Assembly: GCF_006345805.1 (NCBI RefSeq)
Contig: NC_042997.1
Coordinates: 75,640,001 to 75,704,000, forward strand
Length of the DNA stretch: 64,000 nt
Direction of reading: 5' to 3'
Source: Octopus sinensis
Taxonomy: Eukaryota
This document shows positions 1 to 10,999 of this stretch, piece after piece. The first letter of the stretch is position 1. The number at the start of each line of letters is the position of its first letter. The translations under genes were made by a program, and so were the position numbers. The notes beneath the pieces were generated by a model. The model saw only the letters and a program-made list of their open reading frames with translations, was not told where the DNA came from and did no database searches.

Positions 1-7
1 TACATAT

Positions 8-930
8 CATCATCATCATCATCATCGTTTAACATCAGTTTTCCATGCTAGCATGGGTTGGACACTTCGACCAGGGTCTGGGAAGCCAGGAGGTTGCACC
101 AGGCTCCAGTCTGATCTGGCAAGATTTCTACAGCTGGATGACCTTCCTAACGCCAATCACCCTGTGAGTGTAGAGGGTGATTTTTATGTGCCACCAGCAC
201 AGGGGTCAGAGTAGGCTGGCAAACAGCCATGATCGGTTGGTGCTTTTACGTGTCACCGACACGGACGCCAGTCAGGCGGCGCTGGCATCTACCACGTTCG
301 GACGGTGCTTTTAACGTGTCACTGGCACGAGTATCTTAACTACAATTTCCATTTGATTTTAATTTTGATGTTGGTGTTGACGTACTTGACTCAATGTGTC
401 TCCTCAAGAACAGCGGATCACTCTATGATCCAAGGTTAGCACAGGAGGCCATCCTGTGAGTCATGAACTCACTTCATTTGTCGGGTCTTCACAGTCACAG
501 CATATCTCAGAGGTCTCGGTCTTCATCATTTCCTCTGTGAGGCCCTACGTTTCACCGGCATGGGTATCACAACTACAATATCCATATGATATTTATTTTA
601 ATGTTGATGTACTTGACACAATAGGTCTCCTCAAGCACAGCAGGCCGACCTGCAAGCCATGAACTCACTTCATTTGTCGGGTCTTTGAAGTCAGCATATC
701 TCTAGAGGTCTTGGTCTTTTGTCATAGCCTCTGTGAGGCTCAACGTATGATGGTCATGTTTGACCACCTTGTCCCATGTCTTCCTGGGTCTACCTCTACC
801 CCGGATTCCTTCAACAGTTTGGGAGTGGCACTTCACACATCTCTCCTCATTCATCCGCAGTACATGACCATACCAACGCAAACGTCTCTCCTGCACGCTG
901 CATCCAATGCTTCTTATGCCCAACATTACT
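8..930 (-). mobile_element. RTE LINE 3' fragment
   Basis: (CAT)n tail on + strand, family 3' UTR, and RTE C-terminus [14 protein letters not shown]...GRGRPRKTW (ORF 702-926 -). Confidence 0.9.
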
Positions 931-949
931 CTCAGGGTGCTTACACTCT

Positions 950-979
950 ATTTATATATATATACATAAACACACACAC

Positions 980-1019
<40 letters not shown>

Positions 1020-1184
1020 ACACACACATATGTATATATATATATATATATATATATGCGCATACATATATTTATATATGCATATATAAATATATGTATG
1101 CGCATTGTATATATATATATGCGCATACATATATTTATATATGCATATATATACATATATTTATATATATACATATGTGTGTGT

Positions 1185-1238
<54 letters not shown>

Positions 1239-1320
1239 AACACACACACATATGTATATATATAAATATATGTATATATGCATATATAAATATATGTATG
1301 CGCATATATATATATATACA
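950..1320. repeat. (TA)n/(CA)n compound microsatellite
   Basis: Directly visible; source of the YI-repeat pseudo-ORFs. Confidence 0.97.
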
Positions 1321-1397
1321 CTCCAATTAAAGCAACATTATCTAAACAATTGACTGAAAATGATGAGATTACCCGGGATAGAATCAAACCAACATAG

Positions 1398-2589
1398 TGT
1401 TATGGGTTTTGGCTAGTGCAGTATTTCTCACCCACTTTTGGGTGTGGCGCTGGCACGTCTGGAAGAAAAGTAACAGTCCTTTGTTTACTGGGAGATTAAT
1501 GGGGTTTTGGAGGGACCTTGTGACCTTGTGCGGTCGATTGGAGGTCGTCCTAGACACCCCTTGAGATGTGAGGAAGAATCTAGCAGTTGTGAGAAAAAGA
1601 TAGAGTAAGGAATCTAAGAGCAGATGGAGAGGATATTAGCAGTGAGAGAGGATGAGGGGGCAGAGAAGGACAGGCAGAGCTGTCATGAGAGGGTGATAGG
1701 CAGCAGGCGATAGAGATAGGCAGTTAGGGACCAGGGCAGATGGAGAGGCTATAAGCAGTAGAGACAGATGGAGATTAGGGAGTGGCAAGGACAGAGCAAG
1801 TGAGGGTTTGAGGCGGTTGGTACTCGGTCGTCAAAGAAGGTAGACGGATCTTGGAAGTCAGCAAGGAGTTGGAATCTTAGGAGCAGGCGGCTGGATTCAG
1901 GAGCTTGGCAAGTTGGAGTTAGCAGTATTGAGAGAGAGATGAGGTGCAATATGGGACACTGGCGATTCAATTAGGAATTAAGGTATTTGATTATGTATTG
2001 ATACGTGTTACGATGTAAAAGAAAAGAAGAGAAAGAAGAGAGAAAAAGAAGGACTCTGATGTAGTCGATAAAGAACATTGTGAATTGAGTAGAGCACTTG
2101 TCGATGTGTCGATTATTGAGTTGTGGTATTTATGTTCTGAATTGTGTTGATATGTGTAGAAAAAGATTATAAAGAACTGTGAACGTTATCTGTTGATGTG
2201 ATTTGAAAACAGAACTGTGTCTTCGGACGTGTACCTTTGAAATACTGTATATGACTTGTTGTGTCGTTACCAGACTGTTATATTGTTACTTGCGTGTTTC
2301 CTTTAAATGCTTTGATCTGTTGTGGAGATGTATTGAGTTGTCACGTGCATGTTTCCTTTAAATGTATTTGATGTGTAACAATTGATTGTCATATAAACTA
2401 GTTGTTGAATGTAAGCCAGTTGTGCCTTGCCTCTTTGGTGTCTCTCTCTGTTGCCTTGCTGCGGTTGTGTATATCTTCTCTCTCTCCTCTCTCCGACGAG
2501 TTTCCGTAGCTTATTCGCTGCATCGAACGGGCCTGTGTGAGGATTTCCGTAACAGTTCGAATTGGAGGTCCCACCCACCTGTCGTAACA
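1398..2589 (+). mobile_element. 5' LTR of a Ty3/Gypsy-like retroelement
   Basis: Begins TGTTATG and ends CGTAACA (6/7 inverted termini, TG...CA); followed 2 nt later by a PBS. Confidence 0.75.
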
Positions 2590-2591
2590 AC

Positions 2592-2609
2592 TGGTGTCAG
2601 AAGTGGGAT
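2592..2609 (+). promoter_or_regulatory. Primer-binding site, tRNA-Leu
   Basis: TGGTGTCAGAAGTGGGAT is the complement of ATCCCACTTCTGACA-CCA, the 3' end of eukaryotic tRNA-Leu(CAA/CAG), a PBS known from Gypsy elements. Confidence 0.85.
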
Positions 2610-2646
2610 TGTCCTGATTGCTGCGTTTCGATCGGCTTTTTCGCTA

Positions 2647-3917
2647 TGGATTTGTCTGGTTGTCAGACCGGAGACGGGGAGATTTCGCTTGCCCTGATTG
2701 TGGAGATGTTGAGGGGCCAGATGGCGCAGACGGACGCATTCTTAGAAAGAATGGACAAGAGGCGACAGGGCCTGTGGGCAGATCGGCAGGAGCTTGAGGT
2801 TGCGGATGGGTCAGCTTTGGAGGATCGGTGTTGGACCGGGGATAGCGACGGTCTTGTGGGCAGAGATTGCTCGTCGAACGAAGCATCGAGTGAAACAGAT
2901 AGTGAAGGAAGTGTTGCGGAACCTGGGTTGGTTGCCGAAAATGGTGACGCTGTACCCAAGAAATCTTGTGATTTGGAATCCGTAGAGGTTAAGGAATCTG
3001 AAAGGCCTGTTGAAGGTCTTATGGCTGATGCTGTTGTTCCGTGTCTGGGCCCCTTGGCATCTCGACCCCTGTCTCTCGGAGCTCGGGACGAAGCGCTGGC
3101 GAGGTCTGGGGCGGATGTCGCTGAATCCAAGGTTCCGGCTCTGTGTGTAATGGTCGCGGCAGGTGTTATGCCATGTGCGGGTCCTTTGGTGTTTGGGCCC
3201 CTGTCTCTTGGGGCCCAGAAGGACTGTATGGTTCCCACTGTGGAGAGGCCACAGGTGTGGATGGACTGGCGGCCGAGCGTGCGTGTTGTGAGGCCTGCGG
3301 TGCGGAAGCTGGTGAGGAAAAGGACCAGGCCCATTGACGAGGCGAGACGGCTGCGAACGGTGGTGGGTCCACCGAGACCAGGAAGACTGCTTCAGCGTTG
3401 GGTGAGCTTTGTGGTTGATGGCTGCTTGGGGCCGGTGGAGCCCGACAGGCAGTGCATAGTAAAAGCTCAATTGAGGGTCGGGTGGACTCTAGTAGAAGCA
3501 GAAGCTGGCGGAGCGCTGGCTGGGTCGGCCGATCTTTTGGAAGTGGCACAGGCGATTTGTAGAAGGCAAATCGAGGAATCGTGCCAGATGGCGAACCAGT
3601 GGTGGGGCCAGTTCTGCCGATACGGCAACGCAGTTGAAGGAGATGGTGGCCCACTGATGCAGTTGAGGAAGCGGTCCGCAAGGAGTCGCTGGTGCTTGGT
3701 TGGCACTTGGGTGAGCTCTGTATTCGATGGTTGCATGGGGCCGGTGGAGCCCGACAGGCAGTGCGGAGTAAGAGCTCAATTGAGGGTCGGCTGGACCCTG
3801 GTGGAGGCAGAAGTTGACAGAGCGCTGGTTGGGTCGGCCGATTTATTGAAGGCTGCGCAGGTGATTTGCAGAGGGCAAATCGTGGAACTGCGCCGGACGG
3901 TGAACCAGCGGCGGGGT
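2647..3917 (+). CDS. Gag-position ORF of the LTR element, 3' truncated, with internal repeats
   Basis: ATG just after the PBS; about 424 stop-free codons; helical N-terminus; in-frame 309-bp duplication; no CCHC seen; runs into a piggyBac fragment. Confidence 0.55.
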
Positions 3918-4302
3918 CACGTGCTTTTTTTTTTCAGTCATAGAGTTAGATTTATCAAGGTCTTCAATAGAAAATCCTTCAAATTCTGACTCACTGCTTG
4001 ATATGATGAAATTCGTATCCATTTTTTGTCAGAATTACAAAGTTTGAAAACACAATAGGAACAAATTTTGGAAAAAAATCTCCCAAAATTCACGGAATTA
4101 AAATTACACTTCGATTGTTATACAAAACTATAGATGAACTGTTTATGAAGTATAATCACGTGTTTTCACGAATGTAATAAAGAGATTTGCTCTGATATTC
4201 TCATTTAAATATGAATAGGTAAATACGGGCGGGTTTGGGCAGTTTGGTCACATTAATCAAAATTTTTTTCGGGCGGCTTTGGGCGGTTTGGTAACGAAAG
4301 GG
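3918..4302 (-). mobile_element. piggyBac 5'-end fragment
   Basis: Ends GGTAACGAAAGGG followed by TTAA (4303-4306); reverse complement of about 29498-29885. Confidence 0.88.
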
Positions 4303-5029
4303 TTAAAAGTGCTGGCAAGTTTGCATGACAACTATTTTTTTCCTCAAATGAAAGGCGTCACCTCTAGGACAAAATTCCTCATCTTATAAAATGTGGCCCC
4401 AGAAAAGGGGTATAAATGGGGCTGGAAGGGGATTAAAATTTAAAGGAGCGAGTGTTTAGGAATTCTCTGTTACATCAAGCTAAAAAATTTGCACCAGCCT
4501 TTTAATCTTCAATGTGTTGCCGTCCAGGATGAAGAGGTTTTGAATGCTTGCCATGGTGAGTCTACTGTCGCGAGAAAGAATCACTACAAAACTTGGTGTT
4601 TACGAATTTTCTTTTACATCAAGTTCAAAATTTTACGCCAGCCGTTAAACTGTCAATACGTTGCTGTCCGTCGTTAAGAAATGCCAGTCATGGTGACTCT
4701 ACTATCCTTAGATTCTATCCCTTCAAACTTTGCTTTCCAATATTTTATTATTTTTATTCAGCTCGCAAGTTCGTTTGTCCCTTTTAAATGTTAGCGTTTT
4801 GCTGTCTGCCTTGAAGCAGACCTTTCCGTTGCCACTGCCTGATACTTATGATTGATCTTTCTAAATATTTTATTTCTCAACTTACTCAAGATCTTTTGTT
4901 GTTTATAAATGGGAGAGAGGACGATAAAGATAGAGAGTAAGAGAAAGCGAGGGAGAGTCCGAGAGAAAAGAAAAGTAAGAGAGTGGGAAAGTGAGAGAGA
5001 AAGGAGAGAGAAACAAAGAGGGATAATCA

Positions 5030-5340
5030 CCATCATCATCATCGTTTAACGTCCGTTTTCCGTCCTAGCACAGGTTGGACAGTTTGACCATGGTCTGGGA
5101 AGCCAGGAGGCTGCACCAGGCTCCAGTCTGATCTGGCAGTGTTTCTACGGGTGGATGACCTTCCTAACGCCAACCACTCTGTGAGTGTAGTGGGTGCTTT
5201 TTTCGTGCCGCCGGCACAGGTGCCAGGGGGGCTTGCAGCGGCAACGATCGGTTGGTGCTTTTTACGTGCCACTGGCACAGAAGCCAGTCAAGGCGGCGCT
5301 GTAATCGGCCACGTTCGGATGGTGCTTTTTACGTGCTGAA
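5030..5340 (-). mobile_element. RTE 3' tail
   Basis: (CAT)n-CGTTTAACGTCCG and family 3' UTR. Confidence 0.85.
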
Positions 5341-5389
5341 AGTAACAACCACACTCTTACCCGCGTGTAGAGCGGGTCACTTTCAGCTA

Positions 5390-5626
5390 GTATATATATA
5401 TATATGTATGTGTGTGTATATGTTTGTGTGTTTGTGTTTGTCCCCCCAACATCGCTCGACAACCGATGCTGGTGTGTTTATGCCCCCATAACTTAGTAGT
5501 TTGGCAAAAGAGACCAATAGAATATGTACTAGGCTTACAAAGAATAAGTCCTGGGGTCGATTTGCTCGACTAAAGGCGGTGCTCCAGCATGGCCACAGTC
5601 AAATGACTGAAACAAGTAAAAGAGTT
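5390..5626 (+). mobile_element. tRNA-derived SINE, 3' half
   Basis: Matches the 3' half of the full copies at 42503 and 60296. Confidence 0.85.
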
Positions 5627-6579
5627 ATTACTGTATAAAAAAGACTTTCGTAGTCGCTCTTTCTCCATAACTTATGAACACACACACACACACTGATTCA
5701 ATTCCACTCATTTATTAAATATCCAATTGTTTTGTTTTTGCTTGTCAAAGCTCTTTCATTGCTTCTTGCAACCTTTCCAATGACTATTGACTTAGTCCAT
5801 TATAGAGGCCACATTTGTCTTTCAGTTCATGTTGCATGCATGTGTGTGTATATGTACATATGTAAGTATGTAAAGAGGATGGTAGAAGATTATTTGTGTG
5901 TGTTTATGTATGTATGTATATAACAAGGATGGTAGTGGATTGCCCAGGGTGCATGACTAGGCAGTTCACGTGAATGCAAAAGGGGCTTGTGGAAGAAATG
6001 CAGTGACTGCTGAAACCTGGGTGAGAATTACAAGCACTATTTTCTATTGTTATTTTGTTAACAAGATATACAGAAATATTATCTTTTATTATAATATATT
6101 CCTTTACTTTGTTACTAACAATTTGATGACTGTTGTGAAAGATGTTTGTGCTCGAGTTCTGGACATATGTTGTGGATTCTGTATTATTGTTTTCAATTGA
6201 TTAGTAAGGTAAGCAAGAGAGTTTATTTTTTCATATGTTTAACTTTTGTTATATTTATTTCTTTTACAGACATTCAGTTATTCTATAATATCCACAAGAT
6301 TTGGTGTTGTACAGTAGGAAAATTTAGCCTTATTTATTAAAAATATGGTGATACTTGTGGTTATGAGGATAGTGATACAGTAAGGCCTTTACAAAGCAAA
6401 AAAATTATCAAAATCTTAAGGCATAATCCCCATTGGCTTTTTAACTGCCATTATTTTTGCATTCATCTATTCTTCAAAACATCCTGGCTTGACAATAGGT
6501 CAGTATGTCACTTCTAGAATAGATCTATATACTTCTCATCCATTTGATTAGTGAGGTCTGTAATTCCTTTGAGTTATAT

Positions 6580-6653
6580 AGGTAAACTATATTCAGACTT
6601 TAGATTATACTCAATTAGGTAAACTATATTCAGACTTTAGATTATACTCAATT
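6580..6653 (+). repeat. 37-bp perfect tandem duplication
   Basis: AGGTAAACTATATTCAGACTTTAGATTATACTCAATT x2. Confidence 0.9.
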
Positions 6654-6915
6654 ATTACCTTCAGACTTATTTTTATTAAATAATTACATTAACAAAATTG
6701 AGTTGCTATATTATTGTGGGGCTGCTAATATCCCTATAGTCAGACTGACATGGTCAGATTCTATCTTAATAACCATCTTTTAATGCCTCTATCTACCTAT
6801 CCATCCCATCCTCTACTTAATTTGATCTGTTTGGTCAAGGATTAACTTGAACACCATCACCACCTTCCATCTTCAACTACTACTACCTACCTACATAATA
6901 TATATATATATATAT

Positions 6916-7795
6916 CATCATCATCATCATCGTCGTTTAGCGTCCGTTTTCCATGCTAGCATGGGTTGGACGGTTCTACTGGGGTCTGTGAAGCCAGAAG
7001 GCTTCATCAGGCCCAGTCAAATCTGGCAGTGTTTCTACGGCTGGATGCCCTTCCTAACGCCAACCACTCCGTGAGTGTAGTGGGTGCTTTTTACGTGCCA
7101 CCCGCACAGGTGCCAGACAGAGCTGGCAAACGGCCATGAACGGATGGTGCTTTTTATGTGCCACCGGCACAAGGACCAGGCGAGGCTGGCAACGGACACG
7201 AAACGGGGCGGTGCTGGCAACGGTCGCGAAACAGAAGGTTCTCTTACATGCCACCGGCACTGGTAACACATCTGCAATTTCCATTGATCGATTTCCATTC
7301 TGATCCTCACTTGCCTCAACGGGTCTTCACAAGTAGAGTTTCGACATGCCACCGGCACTGGTAACACATCTGCAATTTCCATTGATCGATTTCCATTCTG
7401 ATCCTCACTTGCCTCAACGGGTTTTCACAAGTAGAGTTTCGACATGCCACCGGCACTGGTAACACATCTGCAATTTCCATTGATCGATTTCGATTCTGAT
7501 CCTCACTTGCCTCAACAGGTCTTCACAAGTAGAGTTTTGTGTCCCAAGAAGGGAAGGTATGCATACGTAGGCTGGCTCCATCCCAAGTAGAAGGCCACGG
7601 GTTATGGACTCACTTGTCCTGCCGGGTCTTCTCGTGCACAGCACACTTCCAGAGGACTCGGTCTCTAGTCATTTCCTCAGTGAGACCTAAAGTTCGAAGG
7701 TCGTGCTTCACCACCTCGTCCCAGGTTTTCCTGGGTCTGCCTCTTCCACAGGTTCCCTCAACTGCTAGGGTGTGGCACTTTTTCACACAACTATC
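6916..7795 (-). mobile_element. RTE 3' fragment with a 98-bp triplication
   Basis: (CAT)n tail; units start at 7246, 7344 and 7442; [16 protein letters not shown]-coding segment near 7700-7790. Confidence 0.88.
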
Positions 7796-7796
7796 T

Positions 7797-8196
7797 TTAC
7801 TCTTTTACTTGTTTCAGTCGCCATTTGACTGTCGCCATTTGACTGTGCTGGAGCACCGCCTTTAATCGAGCAAATCGACCCCAGGACTTATTCTTTGTAA
7901 GCCTAGTACTTATTCTATCGGTCTCTTTTGCCGAACCGCTAAGTTATGGGAACGTAAACACACCAGCATCGGTTGTCAAGCGATGTTGGGGAGACAAACA
8001 CAAACATATACACACACGTATATACATATATACGATGGGCTTCTTTCAGTTTCCATCTACCAAATCCACTCACAAGGCTTTGGTCCGCTCAAAGCTATAG
8101 TAGAAGACACTTGCCCAAGGTGCCATGCAGTGGGACTGAACATAGAACCATGTGGTTCATAAGCAAGCTACTTACCACACAGCCTCTCCTACACCT
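7797..8196 (-). mobile_element. tRNA-derived SINE, full length
   Basis: Collinear with 60296-60700. Confidence 0.88.
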
Positions 8197-8689
8197 ATAT
8201 ATATATATACACACAAAATTCCGCTATTTTGATACTTGACAGATATGCACATATCACGTAGTGAAGTACCTTGTATCAAAGCAAACTCTTCTCTATCAAC
8301 ATATGTCTTTCACTCTCTTTGATGTGTAACTTAGTTTCCCCTAACCATCTGGTACTGACCAGTTGTCCAGATTAACTACCCAATACAAAGGCTTCATAAG
8401 TATGCTGTTCTTATTTATCATCTCTTCATTTTCTCTCCCACCCCTAACTTCTCCCTTATCCATCACCCTTTCTGACTTTAATTCTACTTTCTCCACTCTC
8501 CCTCTTCTCCTCTTTTTTCAGACTTCATCATCATCACCAACCACCTAGTACATTTCTTCAATATATTCTCTTCTTTTAATTAGCCCATCAGCCTGTCTCT
8601 CTCTCTACTTGAGCATATTTTATCTTCCCTGCTGCTTTAAGCATTCTTCTGACAATGAGATGGATTGCACAACAAACCACCAGGAGTCT

Positions 8690-9185
8690 CAGTCTCCTCT
8701 CATCCCCTCTGTTAGGCCTAGTGTCTGTAGATCTTTTCTCACCACTTTGTCCTGCATTTTCCTGGGTCTACCCTTTCCACATGTTCCCTCTACAATTAGA
8801 GATCTGCACCTCTTGATGCAACTGGCTTCATTCATATGCATCATATAGCTATACCAGTGCAGTCTTCTTTCTTGCATACATGTGATGCTACATATACCCA
8901 ATTTTTCTCTCAAGTCACTTACAATCTGTCATATATGCACACTGACATTACCCATCTAATGAAGCATACTATCAAGTCACTTACACTCTGTCATATATGC
9001 ACACTGACACTACCCATCCAATGAAGCATAGTGGTTTCTTTTCTTTCAAGATTTTGCATATCCTCAATAGTCACAGCCCATGTCTCACAGCCATGTGACA
9101 TAGCTGTCCATACACAGCATCATGCAATCTGTCTTTCACTCTGAGAGAGAGACTCTTCATTACTAACAGCGGTAGTAACAAGAGA
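8690..9185 (-). mobile_element. Older RTE C-terminal fragment
   Basis: QERRLHWY...GKGRPRK motif (ORF 8689-8913 -). Confidence 0.8.
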
Positions 9186-9276
9186 AAAGTTTCTGAGCTT
9201 GGCTGAACATGTTATGCATGAAATAATAACAGCAAGCAGTGTGAAAATTAAGGTACCACATGATATATATATATAT

Positions 9277-9490
9277 AGGCACCGGCATAGCTATATGAAG
9301 CTTGCTTCCCTACCACATGGTTCTGGGCTTAGTCCACTTCATGGCACCTTGGGCAAGTGTCTTCTACTATAGCTTCAGGTCGACCAAAGCCTTGTGAGTT
9401 GATTTGGTAGATGGAAACTGAAAGAAGCTCATATATATGTATATTTTTATGTGTGTTTGTGTCTGTTTGTCCCTCCACCATCGCTTAACA
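9277..9490 (+). mobile_element. SINE 5' part, degraded
   Basis: Similar to the SINE head and body. Confidence 0.75.
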
Positions 9491-9599
9491 AGGACATTCA
9501 GCTGTGCAGTGGTCTCTCAGGAAGATGCAGAACACTTGGTGGGAGGGTCTTGCTTGTGATGCAAATGACAGCAAGAAGCTTTACCATCTTATGAAGCAT

Positions 9600-10430
9600 G
9601 TTTATTGCCCTAAGAGCTCTGCATCAGCTCCTTTGCTTTCCTAGGAGTCTTTTACTCTATTTACTAAATCAATAGAAATCACAGGTCACTAGATTGAACA
9701 CTTCTCTGAGCCATGAGTCAGTTGTGGATGAAACAGTGATTGATACTATGGAACAAAGACCTATCATTGGCTCCTTAAATTCCACACCCTCAGTAGATAA
9801 GGTAATAACAGCAATAAGTAAACTGAATCATGGTAGGGCACTGGGAAGGGATGGAATTTGTGCTGAGGTCTTACGATTTGGTGGTGATTACATTATACAG
9901 TCCCTTCGTGAACTTATTAGTGTAGGTGCAATACCTATGGACTGGATGGATGGAATTATTCTTCCTCTCTATAAAGGAAAAGAGCCAGAATATTGTGTGG
10001 TGACTACAGAGGTATTACTCTACTCTCAGCTGCTGGCAAGGTTCTGGCAAATATTCTTCTTACCTGCCTGAATGGGTGTCTCATAAATGATGTCCTATCT
10101 GAATCTCAATGTGGCTTCCAATCTGGAAGAGGGACGATGGATATGATTTTCACAGCAAGACTGATGCAGAAGAAGTGCTATGAGCAGAATATGAATCTTG
10201 TCCAGGTATTCATTGATTTAACAAAGGCCTTTGATACTGTAAATAGGGTCTTGCTATGGAAAATACTTGGCGAACTTGGCTGTCCAGATCCCTTTGTATC
10301 TATAATTAAATCATTTCATGATGGGATGGAAGCTTGGGTCAATGTTGGTGGTGGCCTGGCAGCACCCATTCATGTAGAGAATGGTGTCAAGCAGGGTGAC
10401 ATCCTTGCCCCAACTCTCTTTTCTTTGTAA
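9600..10430 (+). pseudogene. RTE-BovB-like reverse transcriptase fragment (second RTE family)
   Basis: YRGITLLSAAGKV, ESQCGF, FIDLTKAFDTV and GVKQGDILAPTLF motifs, with a frameshift. Confidence 0.88.
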
Positions 10431-10999
10431 TGTGGCAGTCCCATTTGGAACAGATAGTGTCATATAGCCAGCTGGAGACGATGTTTCCTGGGGTTAAATA
10501 ACAGTAACATTCATCTCAACTGGGACTGCCATATTATGTTGGCAAATAATCTTTACTAAAGTAAAGTACTGTTACTGAATGTCTCTCATTGAGAGATTTA
10601 GAAATAATGTTTCTATTTATTAGATCAGTAACTGTGTGTCACTTTGAAAATTATATATTTGAACAGGAATTTAGCAACGCCATCTCTAGCTGAGCAGTTA
10701 TTCTGTGCTGAGGAAGGGAAATAGCCCAAAAACCACAGTCCACAGGTATTATTTTGTGCTGAGTGGGAATGCTAAACTCCCCAATTCAAAAATATAAGGA
10801 CACAAATAGTGTGTCATATAGCCAGCTGAAGATGATGTTTCCTGGGGCTAAATAACAGTAACATTCATCCCAACTGGGAATGCCACATTATGTTGGCAAA
10901 TAACCTTTACTATCTCTGTCTTGTTTTCTGCATGTTTGAAACATATATAAACATATACATATGCATACACATACACACACACATATGGAAAATAAGACT

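Noticed and set aside
711-1387. Long YI/IY-repeat ORFs (also 61260-62169 and many others)
   Set aside because: Translations of (TA)n microsatellites, not proteins
2663-3779. Minus-strand ORFs up to 223 aa opposite the LTR ORF
   Set aside because: GC-rich shadow frames with no motifs
4790-4850. Hairpin GTCTGC/GCAGAC followed by AAAACGCTA on the minus strand
   Set aside because: No recoverable CUGANGA box or stem I
5950-6030. Possible exon ending in GTGAGA
   Set aside because: No polypyrimidine tract or acceptor, and no recognisable peptide
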